A stretch of 49,062 nt of DNA, filler included, from Sphacelaria rigidula (lineage: Eukaryota), in the NCBI GenBank assembly GCA_964200075.2. It is 3 parts of 3 records of this genome, joined end to end, with 100 filler letters (N's around TTAATTAATTAA, not from the genome) between each part and the next. Parts side by side here need not be neighbours in the genome. Positions count along the whole stretch, not along the records: positions 32,780 to 49,062 come from CAXNAA020001410.1; 2 more parts are not named here. One strand, given 5' to 3'. The stretch's first letter is position 1; each line of letters opens with the position of its first letter. This document shows, piece after piece, positions 35,074-47,005 of the stretch. Under the pieces are notes generated by a model. It was given only the letters and a program-made list of their open reading frames with translations, ran no database searches and had not been told where the DNA came from. The position numbers were made by a program, and so were the translations under genes.

Positions 35074-38000
35074 ATGGGCAGCCGTATCGTATCCCAGGGA
35101 ATGCTCCTTGCGGCACTCTGCTCTCTCAGCGGCCAAGGTTCATCTTTTGTGCCGCAACAACAAGCCTTGTTCGGCAGCTCCAAGTTGGCGAGTGCATGGG
35201 CATCCTCCTGCTCATCGCATAGCTCTTGTGACCCACCATGCCGCAAGCGAGGCAGGGTACGTGTCGGGACTGCTGCACGGATAGATGCTCCTGCCGCTGA
35301 CTGCACGAGTGGGGGGAGACGGGATGGTCGTGCTTCGGGGGTGCAGAGAGGAATGCGAATGGACGGGACAGATATGGGTTTGGACACCGCTGAGGCGCGA
35401 GCTTCGCTCCCTCCTTCGTATCCTGATGTTGGGTGAGCTGGCAATCCTATGTTATGATGTACATACAGATCAGACAAAATATGTACCGTCACTACAGACA
35501 GCACCACCCTCTCTGCTACACGCCTCCGTCCTGCACTTGTGGACTGGCCGGGCGATGAAGAGAGCTCGCGTGTAAGCACGTGTTGTTGATACCGCTTTAA
35601 ATAAGTACAATGCAAAGGGAGATGTCAAGCACGCAGTGGGCAGCATTCGATCTGGTTGCGGAGTTGTTGCGATACTTGATGCAGTAAATAAATACACTAT
35701 GGTAATTTTGTGTTCCGAAATTTACAAGACAGAAAGTAAAACTGTTGTACCGTACGTATACTGACGCGTCCGTTGTACAGCCAAATGTATGCCGTGTAGC
35801 GCTTAGTGATGACCCCGGGCTTATGGGGTGCGCCCCTGTGCTAGCGCACGTTCTGGACTGGAAATGAAGAAAAGCTCACGGAGTACCATGTGCCACGTGC
35901 CACGTGAGGCACTCGCCGTTTTTGTCGCGCACATTTTCGCCGCAGGTGAAAAGAATGTGCGGCGTGACGAAATTCGCCGAAGGCGAGGGGGGGGGGGGGG
36001 GGGGGGGGGGAGACTTATCTTTCCCGGCGGCACGGAAAAAAAAAAATGGTGTCGCTATAAGCNNNNNNNNGCGGGGGGGTGGGGGGGGGGGGGGGGGGGG
36101 GGGGGGGGGAGGGGGTCAGGGGTATCCATATTTGCTCGCCGTGACGCGAGAAAAAATATTAGGCGCCATTTAAGGCTCTCAGGGGGCGCCTGGCGGGGAG
36201 TCTTTTTGCCGCAAACGCTTCCCGACGTCATGTGCGGCAACCACGAAGTTGCGCACATACGGCCTCCTGTCCATCTGAAGCGCTAACCCGAGCCCGTCAT
36301 CCCGGACCTCACCCCGGGACCGTCATTCCCCAATCCCCATTCCGGGTTATAGCCATGCTCTTCAATCTGGACGTGTCACCCAACGCCCACCGTCTATTAA
36401 TTTGTCGTCTATTCTACGCCATGCCTCTGCAAGGCTTATCAACTCCAATTGCACGTCGCATTCCCACGCGCTCCGTACACTAAATGCCGAGTGAGAAACT
36501 ACAACCTGCGCACCCCCTGGCCTGGGTTAGGTAGACCGTACTCGCCGCCCACGAGTCCTGTTCATGCTTGGCTAAGTATACAGCTCAGGCGCACCATGAA
36601 TATGCCATGTACGGTCTGTTGATTACTCTAGAAAGTGATACATACGGTGCCCAATTCCCTGAGCCCTGTTCGCTCCAGTTCGTACCTGCGTTTCCAGGGC
36701 AAATGTAACGTACGATACCACAGCTATCACAGTTGTTAGTGTGATATCTCGAGACGTGAGCAAGGGAAGGCACGTGGTGACGGCGCGTGCCGCGATCCTC
36801 AACAGATGGCATGCAACCGTGCCTTGTAAGGCGTAGCTATTTTACCACGTGAAATTGCAAATATGCCCAAGGTTATCCCTCCTGTCGTGGATCACGGGAA
36901 TGGTGACTCTGTTTCACTCCCTCGAACTTGACCAAACTTATCTTCTCCGATGTGCAGTGGGAGCATACTCAGGACAACAAAATATGGGTACGGACCTACC
37001 ACGCGAGCACCTATCGTGACTTCGGCGCGTAAACGTCGCTAAATAGTGCACTGCGCTGTCTGTCGTTCTGGCTGCGCATTGCTTGGCCGTAGGAGATGTT
37101 GCGCACGAGCGGGATGTTATTCTGCTTTCGCCTGCTTTAGATGACGGTGCGTACGACCCTGTGCTAATCGGTTTTTCGGACTCAAAAACCTATCATCCAG
37201 GAGGGATTTACAAGGGATGTTATACCATGAACATCAATGCAGTAATATATGGTGCCAAAAATGGCGTGTGACTGATTACCCGGGGGTGTTCATCGCGGAG
37301 GGAGTTTCTAGGAAAGTGAACAAGTTCTTATGCAACTTGCTTAGAGCTACCCGGGACGCCCGCCCCCCACCACTCACACACGCACATAATTTATTATTTA
37401 TTTGCACATTTTCTCTTGCGCGTCTGCCTCTTTACCCCGCATACACAAAGCAGCGGCGGCGAGGGGGGTGGAGGTGGGGGAGAGGTGGAGTCATTTTATC
37501 TAGCCGAGCTGAACTTTTGCCTAGGCGCGCAAGATAGCGTTCTCTCCGGGCGATCAATCACGAAGGCTCTCAACACGGCTTCTAATCAGATACTCAAGAA
37601 CCTGCTCATCCTCAACAGTCCAGGTATATTTGCTGTGTACCTTTGGATTGTCGCATCTGCCTTATAGTTCGGGCTGAAGGGGCACACCCAGCAGTTTTTG
37701 TCATGTGAACAAAGTCTTGACTACGGGCGGGCCCCATGCCAGCGCAGTGAGAAGGGTGTCATGCCTTCATTGGCTTGCTACGCCATCATGCTGGAGTGCA
37801 ATGGCCAACCGCGCATGGCCGCTGTTGAAGCGCAATGTTCAGTAGACCGTGACTGGCTCTTGCACTTTCTTGGACCAGAAAGAAGTCATGAACACAAGTG
37901 ACTGTGCGAAGATGAGAGTAAGTGAAGAGTGACTGTCACAGGGCCGCAATTTTCTCTTCTTTTTTCTCCCTTTTGTCCCAGCGAGAATCGGTGTCACACC

Positions 38001-41000
38001 CAAACGGCGATGGCGAGCGTAAAGCTCCGCCCCACCACATTTTCGCCATTCTCCATCCTGTATTAACCAACCTCTGCAAAACATGACCATCCAAACGCTC
38101 ACTGGAAGACGTGCGTCATGCAGTGCCGCGGCGTACCATCAAAATTCCGTCTTCATGGGCGTCCTCATGTCCGCCTCGTGCTCCTTCGCTGTATACAGTA
38201 CCATCGCAGTGATCAACTCAATACGATTAGCCCCCCGCCCCCCCCTCCTCAGACGGCGAAACAGGACGGGGATAACATATGTAAAAGGTTTTTGTGTCAT
38301 GAGCTTTTGAAGAAACATAATGAGCGCCAGAATGTTGAAGGTGTCTCTATCAGGAGTAGGAACGGTGCTGTGTCTCGAAAGGGATGTGTGGTCAACGGTC
38401 AAACGACTAAGACAAGCAACAAATGAGTACGCCCCCCCCCTCCTGGTGCTCGTCTTCTACTCCACAAGCAGAGGATGATGGACCAGCAATACGCGACGTA
38501 GATAAAATTGAGTCAGATTTTGATGCGGAGTTTTCGGAGTCTCCGAGCTATTCCGAGGCAAAGGCATACCTCGCTTGCGTGTGCCAACTTGCCAAGGAAG
38601 GGTGTCCAGCGCAAGAGCAGCTGGAAAACTTGACCGAAGACTACCGGATGGCATTCAAAAGGTGTGTCACACGACAGAGCGGGAGGAGAGGGCGCGGGGC
38701 GGCGTTGGTATTAATCGAAGGAGTGATTCATCGGTGCAATATTGGTGTTACAAGAGACGAGGAGGGGGCAGCGAGGGGAACCTTGGGTGGCAGTCTGTAT
38801 TCTACGTTGGTATATGCGATATGTTGGTGCTTCGGTGGTAAATCAGCGGCACTCTAAGATACGTCCGATCAGGATGGTCCATCGTGACAGACCGTGCCCT
38901 CAGCTGTACTAATATGTACGTGCTGCCGCTACCTCTTTGTGTGAGTGTGCATATCGGACAAGAAGGAGATCGACATCGCCCCAAACATTCGCACGTTCAC
39001 ACAGACACACGAGCGACACATGAGACACACCGCACAGAACTTTAACTCAATCGATTTTTCTCTCTCTCCTATTGTTTCTGCCGTGTTTCCATTCCTATAG
39101 GTACAACCCACTTTTTCTTGTATTCGATGTCATGTCTATTTCTCACCCAACAAACTCTCTCTGATAGCTGTGTTTCATGTTTATTTGGACACAGGCTTGC
39201 CGGAGTTCTGTCTGACTTTGGGTGTACCGTTCTGCCGGGCAAAGAAGGCCGGATAAGGCCGGAAGATAGGGATATCTGTCTGTCGATTTTGGATTACGCC
39301 ACACCCGCGGAGGAGTCCACGCCGACCCGGGCACTCAATACCTTGGCCAACCGCGTCGTCCGAACGGTGTGCGTAGGGGCCGACAATGACTTGCAGGTAC
39401 GATCCCGTGCTGCGACGTGTCGTGCCGAACTGTACGCTACTGTGATTCGAGAGTCAGAATTTTGCACACCCTGGATAATGACAATGTATGGTTGATAGAT
39501 GCAATAAACAAGAAATGTACTCGGTAGAGTCTAGGCCTATTGCAACTATTGACGACCGACAATAGTTGCAATAGGCCTATACTTCACCCAGGACACTTTT
39601 GGTCTATTGCATCTATTGATCATATACTGTCATTATCCAGGGTGTGAAATTTTGCAAGGGTCGGACAAATCATCGCTGCTTAAAATCACCAAATCTTCCA
39701 TCCCTTTGGCCTGATGATGCTCGAAAGAGAGAAACAGAGTTGAGCGCGCTCGGACAAATTCTTTACGCAATTTTTCCTCTAATCCACGTGCCGTACCCGA
39801 AGTGCGCGCGCAACCTTGACCTGGGGGCGCAGTACAACGCTAAAAACAAAGCCCAAGGATTGATTCGTACGGTACGAAACAATCACACTAGAAAACAAGT
39901 AATTTTATCGGACGAATCGCTCTTCGGCCCATCCTTGGAATCTTGGTCGCCACAAACATAAGCACGTGCGTCCTACCACGTGAATCGCCAGGCATGAACT
40001 TCATTTCCATGAAATAGCGTGAACAAAGCGTCGCCGGTGCATGCATCTGTGCGCGTGCGTGTGTGTGCGTGCTCATCATGTCTGTGTCACCAATTTAGCC
40101 GACTCCCTGGTTTTGTGTTGTATCCGGTAGATGCGCACACAAGAAGCTCTCATCTAAGTAGGCGGAAAAAATACCGTTGTCGGAAAAAATACCTGGATAA
40201 CAGCACAGTGTGATGAACTTCGTCAGCAAATCATCCAAGGGTCGGACGAATTGATGATTCGTCTGGAAATTACTCGGTTTTAGTGTAATTGGTTCGTACC
40301 GTACGAATCAATCCTCAGGCTTTGTTTTCAGCGTTGCAAGCCAGGTACGCGCAGCCCAGGCACGTGGAATAGCGCAAGAGTTGCGTGGGAACCTCTTTGA
40401 CCAGCGGTCAAGTTTTTCCTGTCTTTCGAGCAATCAGGCCTGAGAAATCGTGGATTTGGCTATTTGAATCAACAATGGTTCGTCCGAACCGTGGAATCAT
40501 CATCTTCATCATCATCATCGTCACCTGCCACCATCATAATAACTCCCTTTGCCGAGGTCATGGGAGAAAGAAGGGGGGTAACGTAACTTGATGAGGACAT
40601 TTTATTTCACGCAACAACTTTTTCATCATGATACCCAGCTGTCCGCCCTCGTTTTGTCTTCTCCCGTTCAGTTCAGTCCTGTTTGAATTCCACGGCGAAA
40701 TATCTACTCCGCAGTATTTACTTACGCATTCATTCCGTTTTCGTCTGTTACTTTGCTCTTCCCTCCCGTCCTGACAGGGACTAGCGCGCGAGATGGAATC
40801 GAAGCGTGCGAAGTTCATGATGAAGTGGATCGGGAAACAATGGAAAGGCAGTCAGGTGCGTTTAGACTTCCTTGCGCGTTGATGTAAAAGGGAGCCAACT
40901 CCTGTCGCCGTCTGAGAACGCGATCCAACGGGGGGTGTTGCGTACCGTAGACGTACACAGCAAAAGAGTCGCAGGGAGTGATCAACGTGGCGTTTTGTAT

Positions 41001-44000
41001 CGAGACATGAAGCAAAATATCAATCGGTATATTTTGTCATTTCACCTACAACAGCAATCCTTTTTCCCGGCCATTTGTCGATGTTTCGGTTCATGTCTCT
41101 CGCTTGTTTTGGGGTATTCTTCGTCCTCCCCCCTCCTTTTTTTTCTCTCTCTCGGTTTCATAGTACACGTCGGACGTCCGCTTTCCCCTTGGTTTGTGTG
41201 TCCTTCGCGCGTGCGTCAAATTTCATGTGTGTATGTGTGTTGAGACGCATTTTTCCGGAGCCCTCATTTCGCGCCTCTTTTTTTTCTTTTCTGTGTTGTC
41301 ATGGGCACCACCAACAGGAAGATTCGTTCTACGACGCGCTGGTAATTCTGGTGCGGAACGGACTGTCGGATGACCCTCCAGCTCTCCACGGTCCTTACCT
41401 GAATTCCTTCCAGGTGATGACGCGGGGGTACTAAAACGACTTGACGTCCTCCGATGTTGTGTGGTGCACCCACCCACCTAGCCATGAACCTAGTCGAGTT
41501 GTGCTGATCTCCTATCACTCCATATGCCACGTGGGCATTGTAGCATATTTTAATTCATGCACAAGAATGCGCGGTTCGACGCGCGCGCACACATACACAT
41601 ACACATATAACGACCTCCCGTAGCAGGATGCTCTCATTCCGTTTTTTACAAGTCCTGACCGTCGCGCGTGCTTTCACAAACCGTGCTGTACTTGAATCAG
41701 CACGTTCTTGCCGCCAACAGACAGTGATCCCTGGAATTTAGGAAAACAAGAAGAGGCATTATTTTGGGTAATCTCCACGGAAGTGCATCCCCACCCGCTC
41801 CAGGGAGACATAGATTGGATTCATGTACAACCTGCGAGGATACTGGAAGATGAGCGCATGAAAGCGCACAGATGTGTGCGGACGGTATCCTAGCTATAAC
41901 TAATTGCACTTACGACAAGAATATCCCCAGTTTTCCCCTTTTTCTCCGACGATTTGGTTGGCATGTCATGAGTCTTTTTTTTCTTTCCTTTTTTGATGTT
42001 TTGTTGTGTTCAGTGAAACATTGAATAAAGAAAACGGAAGCCATGCCGATGATGCTATGCCGCGATGCTGTGCTGAATAAAAAGCACTTTTGCTCTCTTT
42101 CTTGTCGTCGATTCATATCTTCTTGGCGTCTCCATGATTGTCGGCGGCGTTACTTATGTAGTAACTCTTCATGGGTGCACGTTAATATCTTAGCGCCTCG
42201 TTTCCTTCCAGACCGACGACATGACTTATCAATAGTCGACTGTGAAATCGCTTGTTCACCCCGGGGAATCCGTGTGCAAGTTCTCCTCTCTCTGTCTCTT
42301 TTTTTTGTAGCGATATCCTCCGCCTCAAGGTTGAATCCTCGACCAGCCGGCTCCATCTTCATTCGGCTACTTGGCATACATGTGCATCGGTTCCTTGGTT
42401 TGTTCTTGCGCTTGGCTGTTGTCGTGATGGTGGTGACACCTCCTCTCCCATCTCGCTGCTGCAGCGGCTGATGGGCATCGTGGTGCAGGAGGTGGGCACC
42501 CGAAGCACTCCAGCCAGCGCGATGGTGCTCAAGAGCTTCTTCGCTTGGGAACGAGAGATTCGTAAAGAGCTCACGGAGCCTGCCTGGGAGGTATGCTATC
42601 CACGTTGACGTACTGATGTATGTGCTGCGGCGTTGCGGGTCAACCGAGGACTAGCTGCACTTTTTTGTTCATGGACTACGAGTATTTTGCAGCGGCATTG
42701 TTTATTACGAGTCGGATCAAATGTCGGAGACCATCGCGAATATGAGTTTGAACATTTGATACTCAATTGTGTGGATGAAACACATGAATTGGAGCGCCCT
42801 TCGATCGAGGATTGCGGGCATTTCCCCTGGCGCACTATAGAGATGGTGAAGACTGTAACATACATGCCCCCACAAACCAGTGTACCTGTCCTTTGTTGCT
42901 CCGTGTGTTCATCTATGCCCATGTATTTACCGCATCTTGTCCCATCGTGGTGCCTTCCTTCTGCTGTCTTTTGAGTCCCCTGTCTGCAACTTTGTCCCCC
43001 TGTCAGTTGTCAGTCTTGGTGCAAAGCAACAGGCGAAGATATAGATTAGACCGGTCTCCGAGCATTTTCCTAAATAGCCCATCGCTCCCGACCCTCTCCT
43101 CTTCTCCGTCGTTGAATCTGTTTCCCTCAACCCTAAACCTCAGTCGAACCCGCCCGATTTGGTTGGGTCTTGGGCTCTCGACACGATGGGGTGGGATGGC
43201 CTAAATGACCTCCCCGGTGATGGGTTGGAAGTGGAGGACTATGGGCTGCATGACCTCGTAGTAGCCTTCCGAAAGGACGGGAGGGTGCAGGTGCCCGCGG
43301 AGGCGGGGCTGGGGTTGCAGTGGCGAGTGGAGCCGGGCCCGACGCACTTGGACACGGTATACTTCGAGATGATACCGTCCGCGCCTAAGGTTTGTTTTTT
43401 GTCCTGAAGAGTGGTGCCGCGATAGCGCCCCCCCCCCCCAAACCGACCTCATAACTGTCACGAAGAAAATGATCATACAGCTCATGATAGCTGATTTCAG
43501 ACTGCATGAAACTTCCCGTATAGGTGACATTGGCGAACACGATCCCAAGCATGAGAGTTCCCAGCTGCTCGGTGTGCTCGGCTTCTGTCGTTTTGATTCG
43601 CATGGAGATTATTTTGCCGCCTCAAATCAGCCACTTTTCTGGAGGGGGCTATCGCGGCATCAGCCTAGAGCTGTAATAAAGCTTGTGCGTGTGAATGAAT
43701 GTGTGTGTATCTATGAGAGCTAAAGCAATAATTGCCGAGAAAAGATACGTACGAGTTCAAACTAAGGAAAAAAAAACACTGCACGGGAAAGTTTTCATTT
43801 TTTGGCTTGATCTAGCGCGTTGAAAGATGGGTGCTCGTTGGTTATTCTATTCAAATCCGTTTGTAACATATCGAGGGTATTTATATATATCGTTTGTACA
43901 CCAGCTGGTGGTGCTGTGCTGTGTAATCTACTTTGTCGGTCGTCATGTGTAGGTGGTCAAGGGACATCCCACCGTAAGAGCAAAAGGGGGCCAGCCCTAT

Positions 44001-45084
44001 GTTTACTGCTGCTAGTATGTACGTGTTTGTGCTGTGCCTTTTGTAATATTGTGTGCTGGGGTTTCTGTCCAATACATGAGCGTAGGCAGACCTTGTTTCC
44101 GGTGTCGTACGGTTCGATGAAGATTTTTACTTCCGAAGGCATGATGTCGACTGTACGACCGTTTATTGAATCCCTGTTCCGCGATCGTGTCTCCCTCTCG
44201 CGTATCCCCCATGCCGCACCATACGGTGCTTTTCAACTGCGTCATGTCTCGAAGGATATCAGTGGTGAAAACATGAACCCGTTCTTGCTCCGACGTCCCT
44301 ATCGATATGTCAAGACTAGGAAACTTGCCCCTTTTTTTTTTTTCCTTTGAAGGAAGGAGGAAGCCTGACCCAACACTCACCCCGCAAGCGGCTTCGTGTG
44401 CTGATTACTCGGAGGCTCGGCTAAACTGCCTCATGGCAGTCATGCAGGGTAGCCGCCTGGAGCATTCACAAGCTTTTCTCAATGCCGTGTGGGGGTCAAG
44501 CCCACTGAAACCCCGTGTCAACTTGGCGCAGTACACGCAACTTGAGCAACTTGTACCCCGGTGTTCACGACATGAGCTTTGGAACCCCGACTTTTCCCAT
44601 CATGTTGAGGTCACAAAGTATATAGCTACACACACACACTTGAAACCATTATTTCGGCCGTAGCCCTAGACGCGCCTACAATAGGTATGATTTGCTTGTA
44701 CACAACAGTGCGTCGTGGTCAGTTTGAGAGGAGCACATCCAAATATACGCTGAAAATTGTTATTCGCCCTATTAATACTGCAACTGCAATGCCGCCGGCC
44801 GATATCCCGTGGATCGGCTTAAAAACGCAACGTCTTTTTCTCCAATTATCCGGAACAAATGGACGAAGCAGCTCCAGGGCGCCAGCGATCCGGGAGCCGG
44901 GGGCGGGACGACCATGTCCTACACGGGGTACGTCGACCGCGGCGCGCGAATCGAAGCGCGGTTTTCGAAGCGATTCGTAAAGATGACGGGACGGCTGACT
45001 ACCGTCGTACGAGGACAGGAGCGACCGTCTACACGTTTTGCGATGCGATTGGTGGAGCGAGGGGAAGGGAAGGGGCTCGGGTGA
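35074..45084 (+). CDS. Uncharacterised ~559-aa protein with predicted bipartite plastid-targeting presequence (9 exons)
   Basis: Phase-consistent GT-AG exons 35074-35432, 37454-37623, 38472-38661, 39195-39396, 40778-40855, 41318-41413, 42465-42590, 43144-43389, 44872-45084 (1680 nt, stop TGA). The N-terminus MGSRIVSQGMLLAALCSLSGQGSS-FVP is ASAFAP-like. No family recognised. Confidence 0.8.
39465..39646. mobile_element. 182-bp fully palindromic MITE
   Basis: Perfect 19-bp TIRs cacaccctggataatgaca / tgtcattatccagggtgtg; central hairpin aggcctattgcaactattg-acgaccga-caatagttgcaataggcct; flanked by gaattttg / aaattttg, a candidate 8-bp TSD with one mismatch. Confidence 0.85.
39655..40494. mobile_element. 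Foldback/MITE-like element with long (~260-290 bp) imperfect inverted arms
   Basis: Arms 39655-39940 and 40234-40494, e.g. aggattgattcgtacggtacgaa vs ttcgtaccgtacgaatcaatcct and aacgctaaaaacaaagcc vs ggctttgttttcagcgtt; ~290-bp non-coding centre. Confidence 0.8.
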
Positions 45085-46447
45085 TCGATTGTGCGATCCA
45101 TACTACTTGTGGAGCGGTGGTGACGGGGAGGATGAGGGATGCTAATTGTATTCGATGATGAGAAATTTTTTCGATGGTGATTTGGGGATAGGATGACGGT
45201 AGGGGTGGTGAAAATCGTAGTCGAGACCAGGTGAGCTGTATGCTGGCTCCTGGCGTTTTATAGTATCACGCGAGTTTTCTGGTACGGATGCTCTGTTGCT
45301 GCGGCAGTTGTTGGTTTGTACCAATGCGCGACGCACACTCGATTTTCCTTTGCAATTGATTGTTTTCCGAGAGGGGAGTAATGCGTGCACCACCAAGTCC
45401 TGTAGTTCGAAGATGGGCAGCTGCTCTTTAATGCGGAGGCTGCCGCCTACACTGTTGTCTGTGTAGAACGTTTCCAATTCACCCCAGTGAGTTTCTCGGC
45501 GTAAAATAGATGTACGTATGTCGGTGCGTGTAATATGTACTCGTTCTCGACGATTCAACACGCACGCGATTGAGGTACGTATTGTTTTGGCGAAGGAACA
45601 TGGGCAAATGGCATGTTGAGAGTCGAGGAAGGGGTGGAGAAGTTGTATGAGATGTGACGACGCAAAGACAAACGCGAGTCGGACCTTCGCCACAAACGGA
45701 GAGGCTGCTGCATCGAGAGACACCAGTCGGATAGCTGCCACCGCTAACACGAGGAATCCAGGGTGGAAATGGCCGAGAGAATGACCCGCTTTGTACCCGA
45801 CTAGGGATGAGTGCGAAAAGCTGAGCCAATACGGAAACTAATGTACTCCTGTCTCCACCTATCGACCGCTGACGATATTTTGGACGGTGACGGTGGTCTT
45901 ACGGTGTTTTCTTGGGGTTGCGGCTGTACCTGCTCTACCGTGTCCTTGGGTTTCATGGCTTCCTAGTTTCCTTCTCCTTCGTTCTCTCTTCATCTCTCCG
46001 TATGCCATTGTGTCTGTTTTTTCCTCCTGCGAATGCGAGTAGCAGTTTGGTGCCTCGTTTCCGTAGGGCTCATGGATGAGCTTGTCGAAATAGTTGAGCC
46101 GCGATCTGTTCTCGCAGCAGTAGTTGTGTTTTCTTCTCGACATGGGTGTACTGTTGTATGTACTTTTTTGCCCCGAAATCTTATTCCGCTGAAACCATGT
46201 AGAGGCCGGCCACTTCATTTTTTTTTTCTCCTTTTCCTGCTTGTGTGTGCGTGCTTCTTTTTTTCCCTTCAGTTTACGATGTCTGATTTATCTCTTGTGT
46301 TTTCTTCACTTTTCTTTCCTCCAGCGAGCGTGTCCCCCCTTTTTTTTTACCTTGCTTAGGTTTATGTTATGGATAATGACGACGACTAGGTCCCTCGGGG
46401 GTAAGTTCATGTAGTTCGTGTGCGGCAATCAATCAATTCGCTCATGT

Positions 46448-46696
46448 CAAGGTTTTCAATGCTGTGTTGTGTAGGATAATATACACCGGCTGAAATTCGG
46501 GTATTCACGGAAGTGTGAACGAGATATTGTATCGGTAAATACCCTTCCGAGCCACGCCGGATTGTTCGGAACGAGGTTCGATACCCTGCCGGACCGTGCC
46601 GGAATGTTCGGTACACATTTCCGCATTTCGGTGCAGTGAAGCATGCCAACCAAAATCCTCCACTTGCGGGCATATTCTACAGAAGACACAACTTGG
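46448..46696. mobile_element. Degenerate MITE-like element
   Basis: Imperfect inverted ends caagg..tgtgttgtgtag and ctacagaagacacaacttgg; internal gccgga/gttcgg repeats. Confidence 0.4.
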
Positions 46697-46775
46697 GAGG
46701 CTTTCACTTTCTTGCCGTCGGGTTCAAGGATGGGCATGGAACAACATTTACGTGAGATTGAGAGTAAAGGATACG

Positions 46776-47005
46776 ATTGAGAGTTAGAAGCGGTCAAATA
46801 GTGAGGGAATGAATATTTTCAGTTCCGAAATGTCCCACGCGGCCCAATATGCTTTCTGTAGTAGCGTGCCACTGAAACCCTTGATATCCCTGTGTAGGGT
46901 ATCTACGTGTAGCTGTAAGCACACGCTGGTGATAGAGGTGAAGAAAAGCACACACGGAATTAAAAAAATGGCCAGTGAAAGCCAATGATGAAACCCACGC
47001 TCAGT
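46776..47005 (-). repeat. Dispersed repeat, copy 2 (homolog of 355-590)
   Basis: Colinear with the reverse complement of 355-590. Confidence 0.7.

Noticed and set aside
35987-36115. Long poly-G tracts (also poly-C at ~1061 and ~48985) as G-quadruplex or regulatory elements
   Set aside because: Homopolymers, one adjacent to Ns, have unreliable length and are common in such assemblies.
45142-45750. 202-aa minus-strand ORF downstream of the plastid-protein gene
   Set aside because: No motif or splice support; overlaps the probable 3' UTR of the plus-strand gene.
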